Assembly (NCBI GenBank): GCA_964016885.1
Contig: OZ024747.1
Location: forward strand, 11,966,001 to 12,030,000
Length of the DNA: 64,000 nt
Source of the DNA: Eledone cirrhosa
Taxonomy: Eukaryota
Reading direction: 5' to 3'
The translations under genes and the position numbers were made by a program. The stretch's first letter is position 1; each line of letters starts with the position of its first letter. Positions 50,972 to 63,717 of this stretch are shown here, one piece after another. The notes under the pieces were generated by a model. It did not search any database. It saw only the letters and a program-made list of their open reading frames with translations, and was not told the origin of the DNA.

Positions 50972-51220
50972 ATTGAAGAACTGAAGACGAAAGAAAAACA
51001 CATTGCTCAACTAGAACAAGACATCGGTCATCAGTCTGGATATATGATGCAACTGGAGAAGAAAATATCTTCCCAGGAGAAAGGTCCGTATCCCCAGTCC
51101 CCAGGTGGAGGCACCACGACCACTACAACCCCTGCCACCACACCAAGTAAATCACCATCTACAGCACATCATACCTACAGCCCTAGCAAAGATTCTGATG
51201 GGAACCAACAAACTAACATA
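50972..51220 (+). CDS. JAKMIP: JAKMIP-family coding exon 2 (83 codons, IEELKTKEKHIAQLEQDIGHQSGYMMQLEKK...QQTNI)
   Basis: T-rich tract and TTTTCTAG acceptor ending at 50971; GTAAGT donor at 51221; phase 0/0. The peptide continues the JAKMIP match exactly where exon 1 stops (vertebrate [32 protein letters not shown]), followed by a S/T/P-rich linker. Confidence 0.88.
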
Positions 51221-51978
51221 GTAAGTACTCTTCCTACTTCTCACAATTCTTACCTTCTTTCTTTTCTTCTTCTTCATTGTGTAGCTTGTTGTTATTGTTG
51301 TCATTGTTGTTGTTTCAGCATCATCATCATTAACATCACCAACTCACGCCTGGTGGTCTCACTACCATCTTAAGTATTTTGTATTCTCTCTCTCTCTCTC
51401 TGTATAGTGTGTGTGTGTGACTATATAAATGTGTGTATGTATATTTATGTACATGTGTATATATATATATATATTTTTTATACACACACACACACACACA
51501 CACACGTGTGTGTGTCTATGCATGTGTGTTCGTACATGTTTCTGTGTGAATGTATATTTATGTACATGTAGATGTATATCTGTGTATGTGTCTGTACATA
51601 TGTGTGTATCTGTTCACCCCCCCCCCCCCCCCTCCTATCTAATTCTTCAGACACTGTCACTACACCTGTTGTTGTTACTGCTTTCTTTGTTTTTTTTTAC
51701 CTGGAGTGGTGCCAGGTGTTGTGGAGGGGGTGTATGGTCGAAAGGTGGGACAGCTCAGGTTGAAATGTCTCATTCTCTGCTAGTAGGAGGGACGAGGTGG
51801 GGAGTGTTATTTTAGACAGGTAAACAGGCAAGTGAAGTTGATGGCGATGATGATGATGATTGTGTGTGTAAATATTCTGAACATTTTCTCCCATACCCTC
51901 CCCCAAAACCCTACCTGCAATGGTGTGTTGAGGAACTGATTTTCTCACTCAAGTTTTTAACAATCTACATGTACCATA

Positions 51979-52029
<51 letters not shown>

Positions 52030-52308
52030 TACATACATATATATATACATAAATATATATACACATACATAAATATATATACACATACATAAATATATAT
52101 ATACATATATATATATATACATAAATATATATATACATACATATATATATATACATATATATACACATATATATATATATATATATCACTGTTTACAGGC
52201 CATTTTTGTGGGTTATATATATATATGCGAGCAAGACAATCACTCTTGCCTCAAGTGGGACTACCCCCGTCCAAACCCATGCAAGCGTGGAACACGGACG
52301 TTAAACAT

Positions 52309-52339
<31 letters not shown>

Positions 52340-53182
52340 ATGTGTGTGTGTGTGTATGTATATATAGTATATAGTTTCATACACTTAATATGTATGTGCA
52401 ACCATTGGTTTTGGGGTCCAGTTATGGCCACCACTGTATAGTGAAGGAGGTACTTCCAACTTGGTCCCCCATCGGACACGCGAACAAAAATATGACAAAA
52501 GTTCATTGTTATTAAAGTTATTAATGTCGTGTGTGTGTGTGTATTATACACACGCACACTTGTGTGTGTATATATGACATTAATAACTTTAATAACAATG
52601 ATAATTTTCTTCTTTGTCAATAATAATAATCTAATTATCTTGTGGATGTGGGTGGGGGAGGCTTTCTTTCTAAAATTGCTCGTTAGCTTAATTAGGAATT
52701 AAATCACATGGGAGATTAAACTTCTCGTTTGCTTCTGGCAGTGGGCTGTTAATCCTTATCGATACGGATTATATATATATATGTAAGAGTGGGATTATCC
52801 TCTAGAATACGTGTTACATTTCATGTTAATATTGTTAGTAGCTATGAAATGTGGGTGGTTTAACTGGTCTGGATGTTTACATTAGTTTTCTTCTTCACTC
52901 TAATTTGTGTCCTGCAGATAGAGATGGATTTGACCTCAGCTCTCTAAATTACCATACCATACCTTACTGTACTGTACCATACCTGTTAATTTGACAAATA
53001 CTGTTATTTGTCATGTCTTGGATATTATTCATTCACGTTACTGATGACACCAAAGCAACCTTAAACTAAGATTTTTGATGTTTTTTCCATGCTGGTTGTC
53101 CGACAGGGGTCAGACAGCGTTTTTTACAGCCAAATACCTCTTGTGAGATGCAGGGATGCAGTTTCTGCTTATTTTAATACCA

Positions 53183-53508
53183 GGATACAGTGGACCTATT
53201 CTAAAACTGGGATACAGTGTCTACCTAATCTAAAACTGGGATACAGTGTCTACCTATTCTAAAACTGGGATACAGTGTCTACCTATTCTAAAACTGGGAT
53301 ACAGTGTCTACCTATTCTAAAACTGGGATACAGTGTACCTATTCTAAAACTGGGATACAGTGTCTACATATTCTAAAACTGGGATACAGTGTCTACCTAT
53401 TCTAAAACTGGGATACAGTGTCTACCTTTTCTAAAACTGGGATACAGTGTCTACCTTTTCTAAAACTGGGATACAGTGTCTACCTATTCTAAAACTGGGA
53501 TACAGTGT
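53183..53508 (+). repeat. 29-bp minisatellite (about 11 copies)
   Basis: TCTACCTATTCTAAAACTGGGATACAGTG. Confidence 0.97.
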
Positions 53509-53724
53509 TGCTGGTCATATTTATCAAATCTCAATGAAATGTGGAAGATTTAACTGGATGTAACTTATTAACTTCAACCAATATTTAGAACTGAGAAATC
53601 ATTAAATACAGCAGAATATCTGAAGGACTCCATCTTCTCTCTCTTTCTCTCTTTGTGTCTCATTAGTTTGTCACCTCTCTCTCTCACACATACAGACACT
53701 CACTGAGATACATACACACTTAGA

Positions 53725-53867
<143 letters not shown>

Positions 53868-54224
53868 GCACATTCAAGCATACAGACACACCCTGTTACC
53901 AAACTTGAGAGAGACCCACACAAACCCAGATACCACAGACATATGAATCGTTAAGTGGAAAGCTATGGCACCTCTCTATGGAAATGAGTTTTATAAACTA
54001 TGTTGTCTAAATTCTGAATGTGGTTCCCACTTATGTTTAAGTGGACTTGTTTATGGACCCTATACTGACCACATATTCACATATATTAAGGTATATCTTA
54101 CCTTTTCATACACCTTTTATAAACCCTGTTCTGTTTTAACTCTTGATATCCTGTACCACATGACACCACATTAGCACAGCATTCTTGTAAAATATAAAAC
54201 AGCACTATGACTGCATCATATTAA

Positions 54225-54647
54225 CCCTTTAACATTTACATTATTTTATATTTACTATTGGGCGGTGGATTGGCAGTATCGGGAGAGAGTCGGACACCAT
54301 GCTTTGAAGCATAGAGTTACGTCCCTTTATGATCTGAGTTCAAATCCCGCCGAGGTTAACTTTGCCTTTCATCCTTACGGGGTTGATAAAATAAAGTACC
54401 AGTAATGTACTGGGTAATTGCTAGCCTTGTGCCTAAAGTAGAAACAATTATTTTATATTTACTATTGTATTTCCACGGTAAAGGCTTTATCACATAATTA
54501 TCTCACATAATATAAAATCTATGAGATTTTGATATTTATTTTGAGAACAATACCTTAACATTGCTATGAGTGACCGGTTAAGGCCAGTCTGAACAGAAAG
54601 AGGTGAAAGAACTTTGACCGGGTACAGCCGATTTAAATGCTAAAGGG
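54225..54647. mobile_element. piggyBac-type MITE (TTAA TSD) containing a nested SINE
   Basis: TTAA-CCCTTTAACATTTA ... TAAATGCTAAAGGG-TTAA terminal inverted repeats. Confidence 0.75.
54261..54446 (+). mobile_element. tRNA-derived SINE, full length with 21-bp TSD
   Basis: A-box-like TGGCAGTATCGG and B-box GAGTTCAAATCC; TSD ATTATTTTATATTTACTATTG at 54240-54260 and 54447-54467; nearly identical to 345-520. Confidence 0.9.
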
Positions 54648-54904
54648 TTAAAAGTTAATGTTTTCCTTACCATATGTTTAATGAAAATCACTGTCTGTGG
54701 TTTTCAGATAATTTGGAAATAAAGAATGTGGGTGATTTAGTAATATTTAGTGTTTGAAACATAACTTAAAGGTTCTAACATAGAATAATAATAGGGTTTT
54801 AAATAAATATAAACATGTTAACTATTTTGTCACCATATTTCAAATCATTTTGAAAATAATTTGGGAGTAGTTTAATAATATAACTTTCTCATTAATCTGG
54901 TGTT

Positions 54905-55049
54905 TTGAGTTCAAATCTCGCCAAGACTAGCTTTGACTGTCATCCTTACAGAGTTGATGAAATAAAGTACCAGTAATGCACTGGGGTGGATTTAATTGAC
55001 TTTCCCCTCCTCTAAAATTGTTGGCCTTGTGCCTAAATCAGAAACCATT
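54905..55049 (+). mobile_element. 5'-truncated tRNA-derived SINE with 14-bp TSD
   Basis: TSD ATTAATCTGGTGTT at 54891-54904 and 55050-55063. Confidence 0.8.
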
Positions 55050-55309
55050 ATTAATCTGGTGTTAGAAACATAAAGGAGTGGAGTTGGCTGTCCCTAGGTG
55101 TGAGCCCCGCGTGGTGGAGTGGCTGTTCCAGTGTGTCTCCCACAAAGCATGTTCTACGCACAAAGCATGTTCTATGCACAAAGCATGTTCTACGCTTAGT
55201 CTGTGTTAGTGTGTATGTACTGTTAGTGTGTATATGTGTGTGCCGTTAGTATGTGCATAAAGGTTGCTTGTGTGTGTGTGTCTATGCTCTTAGTCTGTGT
55301 CTGTCTTTG

Positions 55310-56055
55310 TGTGTGTCTATGTGCCTGTTAGTCTGTATATTATATAATGTGTCTATATGCTAGTGTCTCTGTGTGTGTGTGTGTGTGTGTGCCTGTTAGT
55401 CTGTATATTATATAATGTGTCTATATGCTAGTGTCTCTGTGTGTGTGTGTGTCTATGTGCCTGTTAGTCTGTATATTATATAATGTGTCTATATGCTAGT
55501 ATGTCTTTGTGTGTGTGTGTGCCTGTTAGTCTGTATATTATATAATGTGTCTATATGCTAGTATGTCTTTGTGTGTGTGTGTGCCTGTTAGTCTGTATAT
55601 TATATAATGTGTCTATGTGCTAGTATGTCTGTGTGTGTCTATGTGCCTGTTAGTCTGTATATTATATAATGTGTCTATGTGCTAGTATGTCTGTGTGTGT
55701 CTATGTGGCTGTTAGTCTGTATATTATATAATGTGTCTATGTGCTAGTATGTCTATGTGCGTGTGTCTATATGCCTGTTAGTCTAAGTCTGTGTGTGTCT
55801 ATATGCCTGTTAGTCTAAGCCTGTGTGTGTCTATATGCCTGTTAGTCTAAGTCTGTGTGTGTGTCTATATGCCTGTTAGTCTAAGTCTGTGTGTGTGTCT
55901 ATATGCATGTTAGTCTAAGCCTGTGTGTGTGTCTATATGCCTGTTAGTCTAAGCCTGTGTGTGTGTCTATATGCCTGTTAGTCTAAGTCTGTGTGTGTGT
56001 CTATATGCCTGTTAGTCTAAGCCTGTGTGTGTCTATATGCCTGTTAGTCTAAGTG
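55310..56055 (+). repeat. Two adjacent GCCTGTTAGTCT-containing minisatellites abutting exon 3
   Basis: GCCTGTTAGTCTGTATATTATATAATGTGTCTAT.. units, then GCCTGTTAGTCTAAG(T/C)C(TG)nTCTATAT units. Confidence 0.93.
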
Positions 56056-56075
56056 TAAATATTTGTCTATTTCAG

Positions 56076-56237
56076 AAAGAGACCAGCAGTTGCCCAACCT
56101 GTAAAAACAAAGTACCAGGTTATCTGACAAGGAAGAGTGACAAAGAAAACTCCACCTTCCTTGCACAGATCCGTAGTCTACAACAGAAGATCTCTGAACA
56201 GTACAAAACCATCAACGCTCTCAGACAAGCATGTTCG
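56076..56237 (+). CDS. JAKMIP: Probable JAKMIP-family coding exon 3 (54 codons, KETSSCPTCKNK...LAQIRSLQQKISEQYKTINALRQACS)
   Basis: TATTTCAG acceptor ending at 56075; TCG|GTAAGT donor at 56238. The 162 nt are open and phase 0/0, with heptad-like coiled-coil composition, forming a unique island between satellites. Confidence 0.8.
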
Positions 56238-56519
56238 GTAAGTACCAAACTATCAGGGTTGTTGCCTGTAATTCCTAATCTCTTAATGTTTTCTACCACA
56301 TAAAACCCCATTAGCTAAAGACTCGGTAATACTTTACATTAAAAATTAAAGTTTTCACTCTAACACTGCAAGGTATCACAATGGTTTGAGAGGTAAATGG
56401 CACCAAGTATGATTTAGTCTGTGAAGATCTTTACAAACTTTGCTAGCAGAGAAAACATTAAATGATGATGATCATCATCATTATCTCCCCCCCCCTCTCT
56501 CTCCATGTGGTTGATTGCT

Positions 56520-56650
56520 GAAAGAAGAAAGTACTCAATACCGAAGTTGAGTTTTAATCATTTATTAAAGCTAAATAGTGAGTCTTGTTGTTCAGGAGTT
56601 TCTAAACAGGCGAAACTCTAGAGTAACAGGACTCACTATTTAGCCTTTAT
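56520..56650 (-). mobile_element. Penelope-like palindromic mini-element, separate family
   Basis: Inverted arms AAAGCTAAATAGTGAGTCTTGTT..GAGTTTC / GAAACTCTAGAGTAACAGGACTCACTATTTAGCCTTT. GAAA-CTCTAGAG-TA is a hammerhead 3' half with a palindromic stem III. GTACTCAATAC at 56531-56541. Confidence 0.6.
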
Positions 56651-56683
56651 ATACGTGTATATATATATATACGTATATATGTA

Positions 56684-56719
<36 letters not shown>

Positions 56720-56829
56720 CTTAATCTGCCGACTTGCTGCCAGACTCTTCACTTAAACCTAAATGTCATGTAGACACATGTGAATAAGGCCTTGACTAAG
56801 GTTTTGCTGTTAATGTCGTTGTAACACAG

Positions 56830-59800
56830 TGTAGCCACATGGTTTACTGTGTGTGGACACATGGTTTACTGTGTGTGTGGACACATGGTTTACTGTGTGT
56901 GGACACATGGTTTACTGTGTGTGTGGACACATGGTTTACTGTGTGTGTGGACACATGGTTTACTGTGTGTGTGGACACATGGTTTACTGTGTGTGTGGAC
57001 ACATGGTTTACTGTGTGTGTGGACACATGGTTTACTGTGTGTGTGGACACATGGTTTACTGTGTGTGTGGACACATGGTTTACTGTGTGTGTGGACACAT
57101 GGTTTACTGTGTGTGTGGACACATGGTTTACTGTGTGTGGCCACATGGTTTACTGTGTGTGTGGACACATGGTTTACTGTGTGTGTGGACACATGGTTTA
57201 CTGTGTGTGTGGACACATGGTTTACTGTGTGTGGACACATGGTTTACTGTGTGTGGACACATGGTTTACTGTGTGTGTATATACATGGTTTACTGTGTGT
57301 AGACACATGGTTTACTGTGTGTGTGGACACATGGTTTACTGTGTGTATGGACACATGGTTTACTGTGTGTGTGGACACATGGCTTACTGTGTGTGTGAAC
57401 ACATGGTTTACTGTGTGTGTGGACACATGGTTTACTGTGTGTAGATACATGGTTTACTGTGTGTGGACACATGGTTTACTGTGTGTGGACACATGGTTTA
57501 CTGTGTGTGGACACATGGTTTACTGTGTGTGGACACATGGTTTACTGTGTGTGTGGACACATGGTTTACTGTGTGTGTGGACACATGGTTTACTGTGTGT
57601 GTGGACACATGGTTTACTGTGTGTGTGGACACATGGTTTACTGTGTGTGGACACATGGTTTACTGTGTGTAGACACATGGTTTACTGTGTGTAGACACAT
57701 GGTTTACTGTGTGTGTAGACACATGGTTTACTGTGTGTGTAGACACATGGTTTACTGTGTGTGTGGACACATGGTTTACTGTGTGTGGACACATGGTTTA
57801 CTGTGTGTGGACACATGGTTTACTGTGTGTGTGGACACATGGTTTACTGTGTGTGTGGACACATGGTTTACTGTGTGTGTGGCCACATGGTTTACTGTGT
57901 GTGTGGCCACATGGTTTACTGTGTGTGTGGACACATGGTTTACTGTGTGTGGCCACATGGTTTACTGTGTGTGGACACATGGTTTACTGTGTGTGTGGAC
58001 ACATGGTTTACTGTGTGTGGCCACATGGTTTACTGTGTGTGTGGCCACATGGTTTACTGTGTGTGGACACATGGTTTACTGTGTGTGGACACATGGTTTA
58101 CTGTGTGTGGACACATGGTTTACTGTGTAGACACATGGTTTACTGTGTGTAGACACATGGTTTACTGTGTGTGTGGACACATGGTTTACTGTGTGTGGCC
58201 ACATGGTTTACTGTGTGTGGCCACATGGTTTACTGTGTGTGTGGCCACATGGTTTACTGTGTGTGTGGACACATGGTTTACTGTGTGTGTGGACACATGG
58301 TTTACTGTGTGTGTGGACACATGGTTTACTGTGTGTGTGGCCACATGGTTTACTGTGTGTGGCCACATGGTTTACTGTGTGTGTGGACACATGGTTTACT
58401 GTGTGTGTGGACACATGGTTTACTGTGTGTGTGGACACATGGTTTACTGTGTGTGTGGACACATGGTTTACTGTGTGTGTGGACACATGGTTTACTGTGT
58501 GTGTGGACACATGGTTTACTGTGTGTGTGGACACATGGTTTACTGTGTGTGTGGACACATGGTTTACTGTGTGTGTGGACACATGGTTTACTGTGTGTGT
58601 GGACACATGGTTTACTGTGTGTGTGGACACATGGTTTACTGTGTGTGTGGCCACATGGTTTACTGTGTGTAGACACATGGTTTACTGTGTGTGTGGACAC
58701 ATGGTTTACTGTGTGTGTGGACACATGGTTTACTGTGTGTGTGGACACATGGTTTACTGTGTGTGTGGACACATGGTTTACTGTGTGTGTGGACACATGG
58801 TTTACTGTGTGTGTGGCCACATGGTTTACTGTGTGTAGACACATGGTTTACTGTGTGTGTGGACACATGGTTTACTGTGTGTGTGGACACATGGTTTACT
58901 GTGTGTGTGGACACATGGTTTACTGTGTGTGGCCACATGGTTTACTGTGTGTGTGGACACATGGTTTACTGTGTGTGGACACATGGTTTACTGTGTGTGT
59001 GGACACATGGTTTACTGTGTGTGTGGACACATGGTTTACTGTGTGTGTGGACACATGGTTTACTGTGTGTGTGGACACATGGTTTACTGTGTGTGTGGAC
59101 ACATGGTTTACTGTGTGTGTGGACACATGGTTTACTGTGTGTGTGGACACATGGTTTACTGTGTGTGTGGACACATGGTTTACTGTGTGTGTGGACACAT
59201 GGTTTACTGTGTGTGTGGACACATGGTTTACTGTGTGTGTGGCCACATGGTTTACTGTGTGTAGACACATGGTTTACTGTGTGTGTGGACACATGGTTTA
59301 CTGTGTGTGTGGACACATGGTTTACTGTGTGTGTGGACACATGGTTTACTGTGTGTGTGGCCACATGGTTTACTGTGTGTGTGGCCACATGGTTTACTGT
59401 GTGTGTGGACACATGGTTTACTGTGTGTGTGGACACATGGTTTACTGTGTGTGTGGACACATGGTTTACTGTGTGTGGCCACATGGTTTACTGTGTGTGT
59501 GGACACATGGTTTACTGTGTGTGGACACATGGTTTACTGTGTGTGTGGACACATGGTTTACTGTGTGTGTGGACACATGGTTTACTGTGTGTGTGGACAC
59601 ATGGTTTACTGTGTGTGTGGACACATGGTTTACTGTGTGTGTGGACACATGGTTTACTGTGTGTGTGGACACATGGTTTACTGTGTGTGTGGACACATGG
59701 TTTACTGTGTGTGTGGACACATGGTTTACTGTGTGTGTGGACACATGGTTTACTGTGTGTGTGGACACATGGTTTACTGTGTGTGTGGCCACATGGTTTA

Positions 59801-61770
59801 CTGTGTGTAGACACATGGTTTACTGTGTGTGTGGACACATGGTTTACTGTGTGTGTGGACACATGGTTTACTGTGTGTGTGGACACATGGTTTACTGTGT
59901 GTGTGGACACATGGTTTACTGTGTGTGTGGCCACATGGTTTACTGTGTGTAGACACATGGTTTACTGTGTGTGTGGACACATGGTTTACTGTGTGTGTGG
60001 ACACATGGTTTACTGTGTGTGTGGACACATGGTTTACTGTGTGTGGCCACATGGTTTACTGTGTGTGTGGACACATGGTTTACTGTGTGTGGACACATGG
60101 TTTACTGTGTGTGTGGACACATGGTTTACTGTGTGTGTGGACACATGGTTTACTGTGTGTGTGGACACATGGTTTACTGTGTGTGTGGACACATGGTTTA
60201 CTGTGTGTGTGGACACATGGTTTACTGTGTGTGGACACATGGTTTACTGTGTGTGGACACATGGTTTACTGTGTGTGTATATACATGGTTTACTGTGTGT
60301 AGACACATGGTTTACTGTGTGTGTGGACACATGGTTTACTGTGTGTAGACACATGGTTTACTGTGTGTGTGGACACATGGTTTACTGTGTGTGTGGACAC
60401 ATGGTTTACTGTGTGTGTGGACACATGGTTTACTGTGTGTAGATACATGGTTTACTGTGTGTGGACACATGGTTTACTGTGTGTGGACACATGGTTTACT
60501 GTGTGTGTGGACACATGGTTTACTGTGTGTGTGGACACATGGTTTACTGTGTGTGTGGACACATGGTTTACTGTGTGTGTGGACACATGGTTTACTGTGT
60601 GTGTGGACACATGGTTTACTGTGTGTGTGGACACATGGTTTACTGTGTGTGTGGACACATGGTTTACTGTGTGTGGCCACATGGTTTACTGTGTGTGTGG
60701 ACACATGGTTTACTGTGTGTGTGGACACATGGCTTACTGTGTGTGTGGACACATGGTTTACTGTGTGTGTGGACACATGGTTTACTGTGTGTGTGGACAC
60801 ATGGTTTACTGTGTGTGTGGACACATGGTTTACTGTGTGTGTGGACACATGGTTTACTGTGTGTGTGGACACATGGTTTACTGTGTGTGTGGACACATGG
60901 TTTACTGTGTGTGTGGACACATGGTTTACTGTGTGTGTGGACACATGGTTTACTGTGTGTGTGGCCACATGGTTTACTGTGTGTAGACACATGGTTTACT
61001 GTGTGTGTGGACACATGGTTTACTGTGTGTGGACACATGGTTTACTGTGTGTGTGGACACATGGTTTACTGTGTGTGTGGACACATGGTTTACTGTGTGT
61101 GTAGACACATGGTTTACTGTGTGTGTAGACACATGGTTTACTGTGTGTGTGGACACATGGTTTACTGTGTGTGTGGACACATGGCTTACTGTGTGTGTGG
61201 ACACATGGTTTACTGTGTGTGTGGACACATGGTTTACTGTGTGTGTGGACACATGGTTTACTGTGTGTGTGGACACATGGTTTACTGTGTGTGGACATAT
61301 GGTTTACTGTGTGTGGACACATGGTTTACTGTGTGTGTGGACACATGGTTTACTGTGTGTGGACACATGGTTTACTGTGTGTGTGGACACATGGTTTACT
61401 GTGTGTGTGGACACATGGTTTACTGTGTGTGTGGACACATGGTTTACTGTGTGTGTGGACACATGGTTTACTGTGTGTGTGGACACATGGTTTACTGTGT
61501 GTGTGGACACATGGTTTACTGTGTGTGTGGACACATGGTTTACTGTGTGTGTAGACACATGGTTTACTGTGTGTGTAGACACATGGTTTACTGTGTGTGT
61601 GGACACATGGTTTACTGTGTGTGTGGACACATGGTTTACTGTGTGTGTGGACACATGGTTTACTGTGTGTGTGGACACATGGTTTACTGTGTGTGTGGAC
61701 ACATGGTTTACTGTGTGTGTGGACACATGGTTTACTGTGTGTGGACACATGGTTTACTGTGTGTGTGTAT
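56830..61770 (+). repeat. 22/24-bp satellite, about 4.9 kb (roughly 200 copies)
   Basis: GGACACATGGTTTACT(GT)3-4 with GGCCAC and AGACAC variants. Confidence 0.98.
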
Positions 61771-61874
61771 ATACATCATTCACTGTGTGAATATATATAT
61801 ATACACACACACAGCATTCACTGTATATATATATTTATATGTATATATATATATATATACACACACGCAGAATG

Positions 61875-62112
61875 GTGTGTGTGTACACCAATCACTGTAT
61901 AGTGCGTGTGTGTGTTCACCATTCACTGTATAGTGTGTGTGTGTGTACACCATTCACTGTATAATGTGTGTGTGTACACCATTCACTGTATAATGTGTGT
62001 GTGTACACCATTCACTGTATAATGTGTGTGTGTGTGTGTGTATACACCATTCACTGTATAATGTGTGTGTGTGTGTGTGTACGCCATTCACTGTATAGTG
62101 TGTGTGTGTGTA
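61875..62112 (+). repeat. ACACCATTCACTGTATA(GT)n minisatellite
   Basis: Seven to eight copies with variable (GT)n length. Confidence 0.9.
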
Positions 62113-62547
62113 ATTTTCCATCTTAGATTAACTCAACTTGATTAATTTCTTCAACCTTTATTAATCTCATTTTGTGTATTTTCCAATTGTTTGATCTCCA
62201 CTGATTGATTCCATGTAACCTGTATTGACCTCTACTGACTGAAGTAGTTGATAGCTTCTACTACCTCACTGATATAATTAGCAGTGGTGATGGGCAGGGC
62301 TGGATTTAATGGGGGACAACTGGGGTATTGCCCCCTGTAGACCAACAACAACTCATACACACAGACAGATGCACACATACTGGCAAACAGGCATATAATC
62401 AGACACACACACACACAGATACAGAGAGATAATGCAACTAGTGGGGTTTTACAAATATGGTAACTAGGATGTGTTTGTTTCTGTGTGTATGATTGGGTTT
62501 CCTTAATCTGAGAATTAGATATATTTGCATTAGTGCCTGTGTGTGTG

Positions 62548-63470
62548 TCATCATCATCATCATCATCACCGTTTTACGTCCGTTCTTCCACGCTAGCATG
62601 GGTTAGACGGGTTGTCCTGTTGTGGGCAGTGTCTGGTCGGCTGACCATGCCTTGCTCATACAGGAACTGATCTGGCTTGATTTCTACAGCTGGATGCCCT
62701 TCCTAACACCAACCTCATTTACAGTGAGTGCTGGGTGCTTTTTCGTGGCGCCTACACGTCCACTTTACAGTGTGGGCTGGGTGCTTTTTTGCCGTGGCAC
62801 CTCCACGACCACCTTGCGGTGGGGGGGGGGGGGGCATATTGTTTATATGCTTCAGCATGTACCCATGGGAGGTCGGGTACCCTGTATTACTGCGTGACGC
62901 CAGAAGTCACGGTCGTGTGTCATTGACTTTGAGAGGTGTAGTTGGGTAAGGTCGGCTTTTATCACCTCATCCCAAGTCATCTTGGGTCTCCCCACTCCGC
63001 GGTTTCCATCAACTTCTAGTGCTCTGCACCTTTTTATGCAGCTGTCATCCTTCATACGCATCACATGTCCATACCAGCGTAACCGCCTCTCCTGCACGCA
63101 GCATTTGATTCCTCTTATGCTCAGTCTCTCTCTCAATTCATTTATGCTTTGTCGTTCACGTATATTACTGTTACACATCCATCGGAGCATGCAGGCTTCG
63201 TTTCTCTCTAATCTACGTAAGTCTTCCACCTTCAGCGCCCAGGTCTCACTACCATGCAACATCGCTGTTCGGATACACGCATCATACAGTCTGCCTTTCA
63301 TTCTGAGGGAGAAGCCTTTTGCAGCTAGCAGTGGTAGTAGTTCCCTAAACTTCTTCCATCCCGTTCTTACCCTAGTTATTGTACTTTCTGAGCACCCACC
63401 TCCGTTGCTAATTCGGTCACCTAGGTAGCAGAAGCTGTCTACTGTTTCTACAGGGCCCTCCCAGAGATTG
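62548..63470 (-). mobile_element. 5'-truncated young RTE-clade LINE with 3' UTR and (ATG)n tail
   Basis: Uninterrupted C-terminal ORF (about 63468 to 62852): VETVDSFCYLGDRISNGGGCSE...GWKKFRELLPLL...LHGSETW...RRLRWYGHVMRM...GRPKMTWDEVIKAD. Downstream segment ends in a (CAT)n run on the + strand. Confidence 0.92.
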
Positions 63471-63477
63471 GTGGTAC

Positions 63478-63533
<56 letters not shown>

Positions 63534-63579
63534 CATTAGTTAATGTAGAAAAGGCTTCTATAGGACTAGAACGCATTCA

Positions 63580-63627
63580 TTCCTGGTGATTTCATACAAA
63601 TGAAACAGTTCGAGTCCTGTAGAAGCC
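63580..63627 (+). ncRNA. Degenerate hammerhead (CTGGTGA core), family of 23665-23759
   Basis: TTC-CTGGTGA-TTTCATACAAAT-GAAA-CAG TTCGAGTC CTG-TA-GAAGCC. The core carries an A-to-G change and stem I is truncated, so it is probably inactive. A partial inverted copy precedes it (63540-63580). Confidence 0.55.
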
Positions 63628-63717
63628 ATTTCTATATCAAATAATGATGTTTACACTTTACTATTGCATCAGGTATGTGTTTTAGCTAAAGTTAACCCCA
63701 ATTTCATTCGGGATCTA

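Noticed and set aside
53041-53070. CTGATGA core match
   Set aside because: No stem II or GAAA follows; a chance match.
56839-61933. Very long Cys/His/Trp-rich ORFs (up to 593 aa)
   Set aside because: They are translations of the 22/24-bp satellite, open in several frames on both strands, with no splice or start context.
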